Shown here: piece by piece, positions 19,766-30,643 of the stretch | Layout of the letters: every line of letters begins with the position of its first letter | How positions within the stretch are numbered: the stretch's first letter is position 1 | Made by a program: the position numbers and the translations under genes | DNA from: Thermoplasmatota archaeon | Lineage (GTDB): Archaea; Thermoplasmatota; Thermoplasmata; Lutacidiplasmatales; JAMCUS01 | Direction of reading: 5' to 3' | Assembly (NCBI GenBank): GCA_023379385.1 | Contig: JAMCUS010000032.1 | Span: 14,243 to 78,242, forward strand | DNA: 64,000 nucleotides | The notes under the pieces: model-generated | The model's database searches: none | What the model saw: the letters and a program-made list of their open reading frames with translations, nothing else | What the model was told of the DNA's origin: nothing

Positions 19766-20497
19766 ATGTCTGAATATACTATCAAAATGGATGATGTTTC
19801 TAAAGTTTATGAAAAGAAATACGCTTTAAAGAATGTTAATCTTGAATTCAAATCAGGCAGGATATATGGTATTTTAGGCACGAACGGTGCAGGTAAGAGT
19901 ACACTCCTTAAATTGATATATGGTATTACATCCATAACAACAGGCAGGATATACCTCAATGAAAAACTCATTAACAAAGAACGAAATGTTATGAAAAAAA
20001 TGGCTGGTTATTTACCAGAATTGCCACTGCTGAATGATTACCTGACAGTAGACGAAACAATAACAGGAACGCTGAGGTTAAGGGGATACACATATGAAAA
20101 AAGTGGAGAGGTAACCGACCTTTTTTTAAAATGGATAAATTTAGGGAATTTTAGAGATGAACTTATCGTTAACTGTTCCAAAGGAATAAAACAGAAAGTA
20201 GCATTTGGCATTGCTACACTTCATAACCCAGCAATTTTTCTTCTGGATGAACCTTTCATGGGGCTGGACCCACCAACCACATTTTTGATCAAGAAATGGT
20301 TAGTAGATATGAAGAGTAATAGTAAAATTATAATTATAACCACACATATAGCCTCTGTTGTAGAGGAGATAGCAGATACAATCATCATACTTAACAACGG
20401 AAAGGTGATAAAAACCGGGACCTTATCCGATTTATTATCAATGAAAATTGCCAGAAACCTTGAAGAGGTTTTGTTTAACATGAACACTGACTACTGA
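19766..20497 (+). CDS. ABC transporter ATP-binding protein
   Basis: Walker A GTNGAGKST, signature CSKGIKQK, Walker B FLLDEP. Confidence 0.8.
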   Translation: MSEYTIKMDDVSKVYEKKYALKNVNLEFKSGRIYGILGTNGAGKSTLLKLIYGITSITTGRIYLNEKLINKERNVMKKMAGYLPELPLLNDYLTVDETITGTLRLRGYTYEKSGEVTDLFLKWINLGNFRDELIVNCSKGIKQKVAFGIATLHNPAIFLLDEPFMGLDPPTTFLIKKWLVDMKSNSKIIIITTHIASVVEEIADTIIILNNGKVIKTGTLSDLLSMKIARNLEEVLFNMNTDY

Positions 20498-20546
20498 TTT
20501 TACATCTGTTCTGACAAAGATTTCCATAGGCTGAATTTTATCCAAA

Positions 20547-20963
20547 TTATCCAAAATTAGCCATGTCGGGTGAGAACTTGTATCCATAATAGATCATACC
20601 TGATTTGCCATCCTCTCCTATTTTTCTGAATACCATGCGTACAGGCATTCCTATGTATACCTTTGTATTGTCATCAATATCTACAACCTGTGCCGTAATG
20701 CTTATTCCTTCTTCCAGCTTTATCATTGCTATAACATACGGTATCTGCATTTCAAATCCTGTTAATCCTTCGTGAACATAGGTAAAAGCATCTATAACGC
20801 CATTTCCAGATAAATTAAAGTTATCAATGTTATTGATCGATAAACTTTTACACGATGGGCATACAGATCTTTTAGGAAAGAATAATCTGTTGCATCTACC
20901 ACATTTAGATCCCTGCAGCATGTATCTGCTCTTTGCTTCTCTCCAGTATCTTGACACGCTCAT
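20547..20963 (-). CDS. DUF35 OB-fold/zinc-ribbon scaffold protein of the thiolase/HMG-CoA synthase complex
   Basis: CGRC...CPSC zinc ribbon plus an OB fold; located immediately downstream of thiolase and HMGCS, as in the characterised archaeal complex. Confidence 0.75.
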   Translation of the reverse strand: MSVSRYWREAKSRYMLQGSKCGRCNRLFFPKRSVCPSCKSLSINNIDNFNLSGNGVIDAFTYVHEGLTGFEMQIPYVIAMIKLEEGISITAQVVDIDDNTKVYIGMPVRMVFRKIGEDGKSGMIYYGYKFSPDMANFG

Positions 20964-20976
20964 AATTCAACACCTC

Positions 20977-22146
20977 TTAATTTACCCTCTTCAATATATT
21001 TATTACCGATACAGAGCCTATACCACCTATAGTATGTGTAAGCCCTATTTCAGCACCATTCACAGTTCTTTTTTCAGCTCTACCGGTAAGCTGCTTAACG
21101 ATTTCTACTATCTGTGCGATTCCTACAGCACCATAAGGCTGACCATGTGCTTTCAAACCGCCAGATGTATTTATGCTAGGTTTATCCCCTATTCTGTACC
21201 TACCATTCAAAAGCTCTTTGCCCGCTTCACCCTTTTTAGTAATATTCAGATCTTCTATGGCAATAATTTCTGAAATTGTGTAGTTATCATTAAGCTCTAC
21301 CAGATCCAGCTGTGATGACCCAATTCCAGCAAGATCATATGCCTTTTTAGACGCCAGTATTGTTGAGTCAAAGGTGCATATATCCCTTCTGTGAAAGAGG
21401 GTTGCAGTATCTGTGGAGATTGTAGATGCCTGAATCTTTATCGGTGTATCTGTAAATTTTCTGGCTATATCAAGCGGTGCTAGAATTACAGTGGCTGCAC
21501 CGTCTGATAAAGGTGCGCAATCCAGCATTCCGAGGGGAGTGGATACAGGAGGTGATTTTAAAACGGCCTCCACTGTAATTTTATTCTGAAAATGTGCTGT
21601 GCTGTTCATTGAACCATGGTAGTGATTCTTTACTGCAACCTCAGCCATGGCTTCTCTTTTTGTGTTATAGGTGTTCATATGCTTGTTGGCTATGAGTGCA
21701 TACTGAGATGCCTGTGTAACTCCAAAAAAGGTTTCCCATTCCTGATCTGATGTGCTACTGGTTATATCCCTGGCGACATCTTCACTCACGTCTGTAAGTT
21801 TTTCTGCACCGCCCACAACAACAATATTGTAATATCCAGATGCAACAGCCAGATATGCCTGATGAAATGCCAGTGCACCGGATGCCTCTCCTGCCTCAAT
21901 ACGTATGGAGGGTATATGATCACTGGAAAGGCCAGCATAGTCAAGCAGTATTGGTGATACATGCTCCTGTTTTATCAGACTACCAGATGCCATTGTACCT
22001 ATATATAATGCATTTATATCATTTGAAGTTATTTTAGCATCATTGATCGCTTTAAGACCTGCCTCTATACCGATATCCCTGAACGATCGGTCCCAGAGTT
22101 CACCGAACTTTGTTTCGCCTATGCCTATAATAGCAACCTCTCTCAT
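20977..22146 (-). CDS. Acetyl-CoA acetyltransferase (thiolase)
   Basis: Thiolase-fold sequence with active-site Cys contexts; 389 aa. Confidence 0.85.
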   Translation of the reverse strand: MREVAIIGIGETKFGELWDRSFRDIGIEAGLKAINDAKITSNDINALYIGTMASGSLIKQEHVSPILLDYAGLSSDHIPSIRIEAGEASGALAFHQAYLAVASGYYNIVVVGGAEKLTDVSEDVARDITSSTSDQEWETFFGVTQASQYALIANKHMNTYNTKREAMAEVAVKNHYHGSMNSTAHFQNKITVEAVLKSPPVSTPLGMLDCAPLSDGAATVILAPLDIARKFTDTPIKIQASTISTDTATLFHRRDICTFDSTILASKKAYDLAGIGSSQLDLVELNDNYTISEIIAIEDLNITKKGEAGKELLNGRYRIGDKPSINTSGGLKAHGQPYGAVGIAQIVEIVKQLTGRAEKRTVNGAEIGLTHTIGGIGSVSVINILKRVN

Positions 22147-22148
22147 CT

Positions 22149-23198
22149 TTAACCATCTCCTAAAATAATTTTGTTCCTGAATTTTGCATAAATTGAATAA
22201 TCAATATAAACAGAACGTTCCACGAGCCATTTTACCGACGGGGCTTTCTCTTTATGGAAGCTATTTATTTCTTCTGTTACAGTTATATCAAAACCATCGC
22301 ACCCCGCACCTGAACCGAATCCTATAACGAATATTCTATCACCTGGCTTTGCTATATCAAGAACTGCAGAGGTTCCTAACATAACCGCACCAGAGTAGGT
22401 ATTGCCTATATATGGTGTCAGCAGACCCACTGTAATCTGTTCATCTCTGAATCCCAACATTTTCGCTGCTCTGTAAGGGAATTTACCATTTGGCTGATGC
22501 AGAACCACATAGTTATAATCTTCAGGTTTTGTATTCTGATGCTTAAACACCATATTGCTACATGCAATTATATGCTTGAAATATGCTGGCTCACCTGTAA
22601 AACGACCACCATGCCTGGGATATTTCTGACCTTCCCTTCTCCAGAAATCAGGAGTATCTGTTGTATATGAGCAGGTATAATTTATATCTGCAATGACATG
22701 CTCATCCCCTATAATAAATGCAGCACCTCCTGCAGAAGCCGAGTATTCCAGCGGATCTCCGGGGGATCCCTGTGAGGTATCAGATCCTATTGCCATGCAG
22801 TAATTATACATCTTTGATTTGACAAGCCCCATAGATATCTGTATAGCAGCAGTACCTGCTTTACATGCAAATTCAAGATCTGCAGCGGTCATATACGGAG
22901 TAATATCAAGAGCTTCAGCTACAATTGTTGCAGTGGGCTTTACGGCGTAGGGATGTGATTCCGAACCAACGTATACAGCTCCTATCTCCGATGATTTTAT
23001 GTTTACTCTGTTCATAGCAGCTTTGGCAGCCTCTGTTGATATCGTTGCGGTATCTTCATCAGGTGCTGGAACTGATTTGGAGTTTATATTTAGACTCTTT
23101 CCGTATGCTTCTCCATTGATGCCCCATACCCTACCGATCTCTGCAGGTCTTATTCTATATTTTGGGATGTATGCCCCATAACTTACTATTCCAACCAT
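22149..23198 (-). CDS. Hydroxymethylglutaryl-CoA synthase (archaeal type)
   Basis: Archaeal HMGCS family; 349 aa; operon with thiolase and DUF35. Confidence 0.85.
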   Translation of the reverse strand: MVGIVSYGAYIPKYRIRPAEIGRVWGINGEAYGKSLNINSKSVPAPDEDTATISTEAAKAAMNRVNIKSSEIGAVYVGSESHPYAVKPTATIVAEALDITPYMTAADLEFACKAGTAAIQISMGLVKSKMYNYCMAIGSDTSQGSPGDPLEYSASAGGAAFIIGDEHVIADINYTCSYTTDTPDFWRREGQKYPRHGGRFTGEPAYFKHIIACSNMVFKHQNTKPEDYNYVVLHQPNGKFPYRAAKMLGFRDEQITVGLLTPYIGNTYSGAVMLGTSAVLDIAKPGDRIFVIGFGSGAGCDGFDITVTEEINSFHKEKAPSVKWLVERSVYIDYSIYAKFRNKIILGDG

Positions 23199-23199
23199 A

Positions 23200-23859
23200 T
23201 TATACCAACTTCCTTAATCTTTTCATTAGCTCAGTTTTATCAAGATAGGTAACAATTAGAGGTATGTCCTCCAGCGTTGCAAGCTTGATAGACAACTTGT
23301 CAACCTTTTTAGGAGAAACGTATACAATGGCACCAGGCTTGAACGGATGAACCCTGACAGCAATCATTGGTGATCTTCCGTACTCAACACCTGTAAAAAT
23401 AAGCATACGTTGGGTTGTTTTGCCATATATTTCAAAAAAATTTATCCAGTTGAGTTCAATTATGGCTTTTATACTATCCACAACAGAATATCCAAAGATA
23501 TATTTCCTGGGGGTGTTGTAGAGATATTTGCCGTCAATAATATTGACCACATCGTCAACAGGCATAAATTCGTGAAACTCGTTTCTATCGTATATAGATG
23601 ATGGTAAATTATTATTTTTAGTTTTGATTCTGATATCTTTTACATTTCCAAATGCTGCTATAAACCTCTTTATTGTATCCATTTTTGGATTTCTTCTGCC
23701 TCTTTCGTAATCTGATATTACAGTTCTGCTGACTTTCATAGATTCTGCCAGTTCTATCTGGGATATGTTAAAAAGTTCCCTCCATTTCCTAATAGCCTTT
23801 CCTGGATCGGATGATAAGGTTATATCTCCGGCTATCTCCAACATGAGCTCGTTATCCAT
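23200..23859 (-). CDS. XRE-family HTH transcriptional regulator with C-terminal domain of unknown function
   Basis: HTH_3 segment [25 protein letters not shown]. Confidence 0.6.
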   Translation of the reverse strand: MDNELMLEIAGDITLSSDPGKAIRKWRELFNISQIELAESMKVSRTVISDYERGRRNPKMDTIKRFIAAFGNVKDIRIKTKNNNLPSSIYDRNEFHEFMPVDDVVNIIDGKYLYNTPRKYIFGYSVVDSIKAIIELNWINFFEIYGKTTQRMLIFTGVEYGRSPMIAVRVHPFKPGAIVYVSPKKVDKLSIKLATLEDIPLIVTYLDKTELMKRLRKLV

Positions 23860-24002
23860 ACGCTGTATAAATAATTACTACTATTTAAGAATGTCTACAT
23901 CTATGTTAGACATTTTATTGTCCATAATTATCGGACAGGTACTATAGTTGCAAAATTATATCAAAGAAAAAAAGATATATTCCAAACGGGTTTTGATATA
24001 AC

Positions 24003-24899
24003 ATGGAAGTTGTATTTTTAGGAACGGGTGGTAGTTATCCCTCCAAAAAAAGAAATGTGCCTGCCATAGTGGTAAAGGGGTACGGAAGTGGGCTTATGCT
24101 GCTGGATTGTGGAGAGGGAACCCAGCGACAGATAATGAATGCTGGTCTGAGCTTTATGAAAATAAACAATATTTTTATTACACATCTGCACGGGGACCAT
24201 TATCTGGGACTTCAGGGTCTCCTTCAGACCATGGCATTAAATAATCGTACAAATGAACTTTCAATATATGGCCCGGAAGGGATTGAATATATTGGAAATT
24301 TTATTATGAAGACAGGTTCCTGGAACCCTGGATACAAGGTATCATTTAATACTATAAAAAAAGATTTCAATAATGATTTTGGAAATCTTATCGTAAGTGT
24401 AGAACATGGAACGCATCTTATTACAGATTTTGCGTATAAAATAAAAGAGATGGATAGAAGAGGGAGTTTCAATAAAAAAATAACAGAACAACTTAATATA
24501 AAAGGCAAAGATTTCTCTGTTCTGGAAAGGAATGGTTTTATAGTAAAAAATAACAGAAAAATATATTTAAATGAGGTTACAGGTGAAATTAAAAAAGGAA
24601 AATCAATTGTATACACTGGAGATACAGCACCCTCTGACAAAATTGCTGAATTTTCTAAAAATGTTAATCTGCTTATTCATGATTCAACTGTAACATCAGA
24701 CCTTGAAGGTAAGGCCAATCAGTATGGTCATAGCAGTTCAGCACAGGCTGCTATGATTGCAAAAGCTGGCAATGTTGATAAACTTGTACTGACACACATA
24801 AGCCCCAGATATGAAGATACAGAACATATGCTTCAGGAAGCTAAAAACATCTTTCCAGAAAGTTATATTGCAGAGGATTTCTGGAGACTGAAGGTTTAG
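24003..24899 (+). CDS. rnz: Ribonuclease Z (tRNA 3' endonuclease, metallo-beta-lactamase fold)
   Basis: HxHxDH motif ITHLHGDHYLGLQGLLQTM; 298 aa. Confidence 0.8.
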   Translation: MEVVFLGTGGSYPSKKRNVPAIVVKGYGSGLMLLDCGEGTQRQIMNAGLSFMKINNIFITHLHGDHYLGLQGLLQTMALNNRTNELSIYGPEGIEYIGNFIMKTGSWNPGYKVSFNTIKKDFNNDFGNLIVSVEHGTHLITDFAYKIKEMDRRGSFNKKITEQLNIKGKDFSVLERNGFIVKNNRKIYLNEVTGEIKKGKSIVYTGDTAPSDKIAEFSKNVNLLIHDSTVTSDLEGKANQYGHSSSAQAAMIAKAGNVDKLVLTHISPRYEDTEHMLQEAKNIFPESYIAEDFWRLKV

Positions 24900-25190
24900 G
24901 GAATAATAATAGTTATAGTTTAATTAAAGATAGTTACCATTACAATAAATAGGTTACTTACATTAAATTTAACTCTGTGTACTGGAAGACATCTTTCATA
25001 AGATAAGGGATGAAAGCGAGTAAAAAGTTTTTATAACGATATAGATGAGCACAACAATATATAAATAGTATAATATGCAAATGGGAGCGATGAAGCAGGA
25101 AGCCATACCAGTGTAAGGGCCGGGGTAGTTCACTATAAACTTTGAAATTTCCACTGTAAATGGTGTCTACACTAACTTTTTTAATCAGAA

Positions 25191-25628
25191 TTGTCATTAC
25201 ATGATATTATGGATAATAAAAACAGAGATATCATCAAAACCAATAAAATCAATAAAAAAAAGATAAAGGTTGTTGTAAAAAAACCATTTATAAGCACCAA
25301 TAAATTTAATCTAACGTCTGCTTTAGTTTTCTTTTTTTCTGTTATAATAGTGTATATAATAACAGCTGATAAACCAGTTGCGTTGATAGTATCCATATTT
25401 GTAACAGCTATATTTTATATTTACTTAATAAAAAAACAGATGAAAAGCGTGAGGGTTATCGTTAATGGAGAGTCAGATGCGTTTAATAAAGAGATTTCTC
25501 AATTGGCAACACTCTACATACGAAATAAAATTGAAAAAGAATTATTTCTGTTAAAATACAGTGACGAAAGAAGAGATATTGCGGAATATGTTGTTATGGT
25601 AATCAATGAGGTCAATACGTTTTTGTAA
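25191..25628 (+). CDS. Small hypothetical membrane protein
   Basis: 145 aa; basic N-terminus followed by 2 TM helices; no motif. Confidence 0.35.
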   Translation: MSLHDIMDNKNRDIIKTNKINKKKIKVVVKKPFISTNKFNLTSALVFFFSVIIVYIITADKPVALIVSIFVTAIFYIYLIKKQMKSVRVIVNGESDAFNKEISQLATLYIRNKIEKELFLLKYSDERRDIAEYVVMVINEVNTFL

Positions 25629-25680
25629 TAATTCAACATATTATAAAAAACATGCATTGAAATCGTGGTCAAACATATCA

Positions 25681-26460
25681 TCATTTTTGGTTGATTATGA
25701 CAACCACACTGACGTCATCATCTCCTTCCTTTTCAATAACTGAGGAAATAAGTACCTTGCATAATACCTCAGGTAAATCATCTTTTTTAAGTATTGCCTC
25801 AATTTCATCATTGGTCAGTACATCATGCAATCCATCTGTACAAAAAAGGATTTTAGATGAATCCTCTAACTTTATATTATAGTGTGTTATTTTCTCCAGT
25901 TTATCATTTCCTATATAATTCGTTAATAAAACATGTGCTGGATGCTTTCTCTCATCGCTTACTAATATTTCTCCGCTTTCTACCAGTTCATGAGCTTTTG
26001 TCTGATCCACGGTAATCTGTTTAAAACCAGTACTGCTGAGATAGTATATTCTAGAATCCCCTACATGAGCAATATGCATAACATCGTCTACAATGAACCC
26101 CATCGTAACTGTTGCACCCATACCGGTATATTCTGCTCTTTTATTGGCTAATTCTAATATTTTAGCATTGGCTAAGTTTATACCTCTTTCCAATAATTCA
26201 TAAATAGATCCTTTCTCAATATCCATTGCATGTAATTGTAATAACGACGGTGCATACCTGCTAACGGTAGAACTGGCAACTTCACCTGCGTTATGTCCAC
26301 CCATACCGTCAGATATTATGGCAAGAAGCCATTCATTGGTACCTTTATAGTTAATATAAGATCCTTTCTGGACCTGTATAGCATCCTCATTATGTAGTCT
26401 GGCAGCACCTTTCTTGCTTAAAATTGCGTATTGATACATATTTTCACATACTCTGCTCAA
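25681..26460 (-). CDS. PP2C-family Ser/Thr protein phosphatase
   Basis: PP2C motifs SDGMGGHNAGEVAS, AHVGDSRIY, TDGL and C-terminal DDVSVVV. Confidence 0.85.
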   Translation of the reverse strand: MSRVCENMYQYAILSKKGAARLHNEDAIQVQKGSYINYKGTNEWLLAIISDGMGGHNAGEVASSTVSRYAPSLLQLHAMDIEKGSIYELLERGINLANAKILELANKRAEYTGMGATVTMGFIVDDVMHIAHVGDSRIYYLSSTGFKQITVDQTKAHELVESGEILVSDERKHPAHVLLTNYIGNDKLEKITHYNIKLEDSSKILFCTDGLHDVLTNDEIEAILKKDDLPEVLCKVLISSVIEKEGDDDVSVVVIINQK

Positions 26461-26506
26461 TTACACTTCAACTATCAATGATGTATAGATGCTGCCTTCT
26501 TACACG

Positions 26507-27166
26507 TCATACGGTTTTGTTCAGATCCTTTTCAACAAACTCCTTTATTGTTTTGTATGTACTTACCATTGTAAATTCAGGTATTGAAGATGCAAGTATT
26601 GATATGATCTTTTCTTTCATCTCTCTCTTCTCAGTCTCCATATCCGTTAGCTGTGTATACATGTCTACTAAATTTTTGGGAATATCACCAGGTTTGAGCA
26701 GTGTCTTTTTCATCTCCTCCGGCCTGGACTTCAATGCAGCCATTACAACCGATTTAACCTCAAATCTGTTCAGATTCTCAAAGAATATGTGTATTACTTC
26801 ATAAAACCTGAGATCAATCCATAAATCCGTTAATTCAGATATCTTGTTATTCATTTGTAGTTTGGTAGATGCTATTTCAAGTTCACCTGCCTGGCTCTTT
26901 CCCATCTCCAGTCTTGGTATCTCTTCGTATCTCAATATGTAGATGTCAGTACGGCATTTCACAAGCTCTTTCTCAATATCACTTATCATTATGTCAGAGA
27001 AGCTTTTGTTCATTTTCTTCTTGAAAAATTTATCATACGTTAACCACAACAACCCGAAAACAGTGGTTATTGGAACTCCAGGTATAATGTTTGCAAATTT
27101 GAATACGTTTGATATACTGGACCCTGCATTCATTGCAAAGTCTGTATCCAGATCTTCTATATCCAT
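26507..27166 (-). CDS. Hypothetical protein with one N-terminal TM helix
   Basis: 219 aa; 10-nt overlap with the upstream 649-aa gene; no recognisable domain. Confidence 0.5.
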   Translation of the reverse strand: MDIEDLDTDFAMNAGSSISNVFKFANIIPGVPITTVFGLLWLTYDKFFKKKMNKSFSDIMISDIEKELVKCRTDIYILRYEEIPRLEMGKSQAGELEIASTKLQMNNKISELTDLWIDLRFYEVIHIFFENLNRFEVKSVVMAALKSRPEEMKKTLLKPGDIPKNLVDMYTQLTDMETEKREMKEKIISILASSIPEFTMVSTYKTIKEFVEKDLNKTV

Positions 27167-29106
27167 TTTACCACCTCCACCATGTCTTTTCTCTGCATTA
27201 CCTTGCCCAGTTCAGGACTGCTGTATACAATTTTTCCCTCTCCGCTCCTTACCAGAATATCAAATACTCTATCGTAGGTTCTTTCGTTGTGGCCTTCTGT
27301 ATGATATTTCGCTTTAAGCATTCTTGTGGATATCTGCCCATCTACAAATCTGTACATCATCTCTTTTGCATCTCTTACAATGCGGTAGAGCCTCTCATCA
27401 TATGCTTCAGTATGGAAAAATGGTAAATAACGTTCTGCATGTGGATCCCTGCTGTTATAGATCAATTTACCCTTTGTTGCCAGATAAGGTACGCAAAATG
27501 GATTTGAATGATAGTTATTTATGTACTGTATTGCCTCCTGGTCAAATCCTGTTGGTGAGTTGATACAGATCACACAGGTGTATTTATCTGCTGAGGCAGA
27601 TCTATATGCCTGGTCTATCATCCCAGTGACAGAATTGAATTCTGTGGGTATGTTGTCATATCCCCTGCTTTTAAGTAGGTCCAGATGCGAGTTGTTTACA
27701 CCCACTAACACCAGCTTGTTAGTTCTCCATGATTTAACAGTGCCTCTAATTATTCTATTCTGGGGCAACCCTTCATAGGAGGATGTATTATTCGCTGTTG
27801 ATACATCTGCAATCTCTATTGACGAGGTGATTCCTATTTTAATCTGTTTCTCTTCATTATCTGCATAATAAAAATACTCTTTCGCTCTCTCCATGTTATG
27901 CTTCAGTGATAGAATGAACTCATCTTCCAGCATCTTCGCCTCCTCTCTCTTCACGGCAGTGCCCTCTCTTAACCCATGCAGAAGATTCTCCTTTTCTTCT
28001 TGACTCTTTCTGATCTCATCATTCATTAATTTTAGATCCTCTTCTCTTCTTAACTCTTCTTCCTTAAGTCTGGCACTGAGCATGGATACCTCCTCCTCCA
28101 TTGCTATTCTCTGTCTTTCCTTCTCCTCCCATTCCTTCTGAAGCATGCTTTTCACCATCTCATTGTTTGCATTCTCTTCCGCTATTCTGTTCTTCTCTTT
28201 TTCCAGTTCATCGTACCTCTTTTTCTGTTCTTCCAGCTCATTCAGAGTATTCTTCAGAGATTCCATGTAATCATTGCTCATTTTAGAAAGCCCTTCTCTG
28301 AACTTATCAACGTTTTCTGTGAGGGAGGCATTATATCTGTCTCGTTCCTGTCTTAGCTCTTCATATCGCTTCTCCAGCTCCTGTGTACGTTCACCGATGA
28401 TACTCTCTATCTCCTCCTGTATATCATCACCGTCATCATCCAGTTGATTTATCTCATCCCATGCATTGGTCAGTTCCACAAGGCTTTTCCCAAGGTTGCT
28501 CTTCATGTAGTCAAGCACTATTGAATCCATCTTTTTTGTGATGGTATTTATCATACCCTCAAAATATTTATTGGGAATACTCTGCATGAACTTATTGAAA
28601 AATTCCTCGGGTTTCCATATGTATTCCTTTATGAAGTTAATCTGTGACACATTACTCGTGGCTTCATTGAACATTCTTAGTAAGGTTTCTCTATCCAGAT
28701 GAGAAATGTTCCAGAACCACTCTATTTTTGTGTACAGTTCATACAGCTCTTTTTCATCAACAGTCTGGTCACTTTCGTCGTCAAGGTGATATCTGCTCCT
28801 TACTGAATCACTGAAAATATATTCATCATCGTCCTCCTGGTCGTTAGAAGTTGTGTTCAATTTTTTGCTGTATTCCGCTACATCCAGAAGGAAATAGGCT
28901 GCAAACAGATCATCTTCCAGTTCATGTCTGCGATCATAGTCGTGAATGCTATCAACATATGCGTTGTACACTTCTTCGTTGTTCTTTATATTGCTGTAAA
29001 GGTTTTCAAGGTTCTCAAGAGATTCACGTTCCAGTGTACCCAGTCTACCTCTCAATATTCTATTCACAATATTCACCACTTCAGGGTTATTTCCATTTAC
29101 CACCAT
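27157..29106 (-). CDS. Large coiled-coil protein with acidic N-terminal region and C-terminal globular domain of unknown function
   Basis: 649 aa; residues ~230-400 are E/K/R-rich heptads; the C-terminal ~250 aa are globular and Cys/His-containing. Confidence 0.6.
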   Translation of the reverse strand: MVVNGNNPEVVNIVNRILRGRLGTLERESLENLENLYSNIKNNEEVYNAYVDSIHDYDRRHELEDDLFAAYFLLDVAEYSKKLNTTSNDQEDDDEYIFSDSVRSRYHLDDESDQTVDEKELYELYTKIEWFWNISHLDRETLLRMFNEATSNVSQINFIKEYIWKPEEFFNKFMQSIPNKYFEGMINTITKKMDSIVLDYMKSNLGKSLVELTNAWDEINQLDDDGDDIQEEIESIIGERTQELEKRYEELRQERDRYNASLTENVDKFREGLSKMSNDYMESLKNTLNELEEQKKRYDELEKEKNRIAEENANNEMVKSMLQKEWEEKERQRIAMEEEVSMLSARLKEEELRREEDLKLMNDEIRKSQEEKENLLHGLREGTAVKREEAKMLEDEFILSLKHNMERAKEYFYYADNEEKQIKIGITSSIEIADVSTANNTSSYEGLPQNRIIRGTVKSWRTNKLVLVGVNNSHLDLLKSRGYDNIPTEFNSVTGMIDQAYRSASADKYTCVICINSPTGFDQEAIQYINNYHSNPFCVPYLATKGKLIYNSRDPHAERYLPFFHTEAYDERLYRIVRDAKEMMYRFVDGQISTRMLKAKYHTEGHNERTYDRVFDILVRSGEGKIVYSSPELGKVMQRKDMVEVVKWI

Positions 29107-29231
29107 ATCATCACCTCTTCATCTATTTTTACCGTCCATTTTTTCACATTATAAACATTTTAATATAATTTCTTTCTTGCAGGGGTCTGAATTCCTTCTG
29201 TAAATTCAGAATAGTCATCTATTTCCCACAT

Positions 29232-30620
29232 CTACTGCCCCTCCCTGCTGAATTTATACTGCCACACCCTTCTCCCTTCATTGATAACTGCAACACCTGC
29301 CTCTACTGTATAGTTGTCTGATTCTGTGCTGAACCTCCATTTTTTTCTTCCTTTTTCAGATCTGTCTACCGTTGCTAGACAGCCAAGTACTGTATCAAGA
29401 TACTGCCACTCTGTTGTCCTTTCAGGATCGTAGCTCGCTTCACCTGTGTGGAGAAGACTGATAAGTTCGTTCATTCCTCTCTTTGTAGATTCATCACCCA
29501 TTACCAGTGGATTTATCACAATTTCTCTTCTGCCACCACTCTCCCTAACTGTAGTCATGAGCTCCAGCATATCTTTTGATCCCATTACTGACTCAAGAAA
29601 AACTCTGAACTTATCCCCAAGTGCTCTGTTTCTGCAGAGTTCCTGATCTATATATGGTTTTTTTATTCCTGTCTTTTTCATATCCTCTACTATCTTTTTT
29701 GCCCAGACTGCATCAGCAATAATTGGAAAGCTGATCAACTCTTTGTTACGTATGCATCTTTTTATGTATTCTATCCATTCCTCTTTACTGCCATTCTCTA
29801 TAAGCTCTGAAATACTCCTGCCAGTCATACTGCCGTTGAATTCCAGATTTACAGGTTCCGTGTGAGCTTCCACAACCGGTTTATTGTTTATATCTTTTAT
29901 GGAGACAGGTGCATGCACATCTCTCTGCGTATGCTTCTCTGCAACGCTATCTGGTAATGGCTCCAATAAATCTTCTGTTGCCGTTCCAGACAGTAATTCC
30001 CAGTCGGTAACCAGACCGTCTATAAATATACCTTTTACATTCTCCAGACGTGGATCTGCCCATGTTATGATATTATTGCACAGGTCCACCAGTATGATCC
30101 ATGTATCCGAGTATGATGGTGCGTTATGTGTTACCCACCCTGCTGTGGATATTCCACAGATGATCTTTACTTTATATTCCTTCATGTTATGCATCTCTAT
30201 TGCCTGATTCTGCAATAAGGATGAATCAATTTTAGTCGGAGATTTTGTTATACTAGCCAGAAACTCATAGTCATGAAAAAATAATAAATTAATAAGGCAT
30301 TTATTTTTGGCCAGAATGCCAGAACCCATCAGCTCTATACCCATTCTTTTACTGTATGGAAAATTCTTTCTGAAGTCGTTAAAGTTTACCTTACCCTGTA
30401 TTTTTTGCCAGTGTTTGACACCGTCTGTTTCTCCTATGGACTCAAATGTGTATGTGTTTATAATCTTGCTGAATAATTCCTTTACCCTGTGCTTGTTTTT
30501 ATCCGTCAGCATCAGATAGATTCCACTTCCGTTCAATCTATCCTTTAAATTTTCATAGTATTCATCTTCCAGTTTCATTGCTGTTCTTGCTGTCACCCAC
30601 TCATCCATCTGTTTCACCAC
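29232..30620 (-). CDS. Hypothetical protein (462 aa), island-specific
   Basis: No confident motif; it contains a C/H/D cluster (KIICGISTAGWVTHN...ILVDLCNN) that could be a thiol-peptidase-like fold. Confidence 0.5.
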   Translation of the reverse strand: MVKQMDEWVTARTAMKLEDEYYENLKDRLNGSGIYLMLTDKNKHRVKELFSKIINTYTFESIGETDGVKHWQKIQGKVNFNDFRKNFPYSKRMGIELMGSGILAKNKCLINLLFFHDYEFLASITKSPTKIDSSLLQNQAIEMHNMKEYKVKIICGISTAGWVTHNAPSYSDTWIILVDLCNNIITWADPRLENVKGIFIDGLVTDWELLSGTATEDLLEPLPDSVAEKHTQRDVHAPVSIKDINNKPVVEAHTEPVNLEFNGSMTGRSISELIENGSKEEWIEYIKRCIRNKELISFPIIADAVWAKKIVEDMKKTGIKKPYIDQELCRNRALGDKFRVFLESVMGSKDMLELMTTVRESGGRREIVINPLVMGDESTKRGMNELISLLHTGEASYDPERTTEWQYLDTVLGCLATVDRSEKGRKKWRFSTESDNYTVEAGVAVINEGRRVWQYKFSREGQ

Positions 30621-30643
30621 AATCTTTTGTTTTGATTTTATTT

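Noticed and set aside
25117-25180. tRNA-like start GGGCCGGGGTAGTTCA suggesting a tRNA gene
   Set aside because: No D-stem, anticodon-stem or T-arm pairing can be drawn downstream, so at most it is a fragment. It is kept only as a repeat motif finding.
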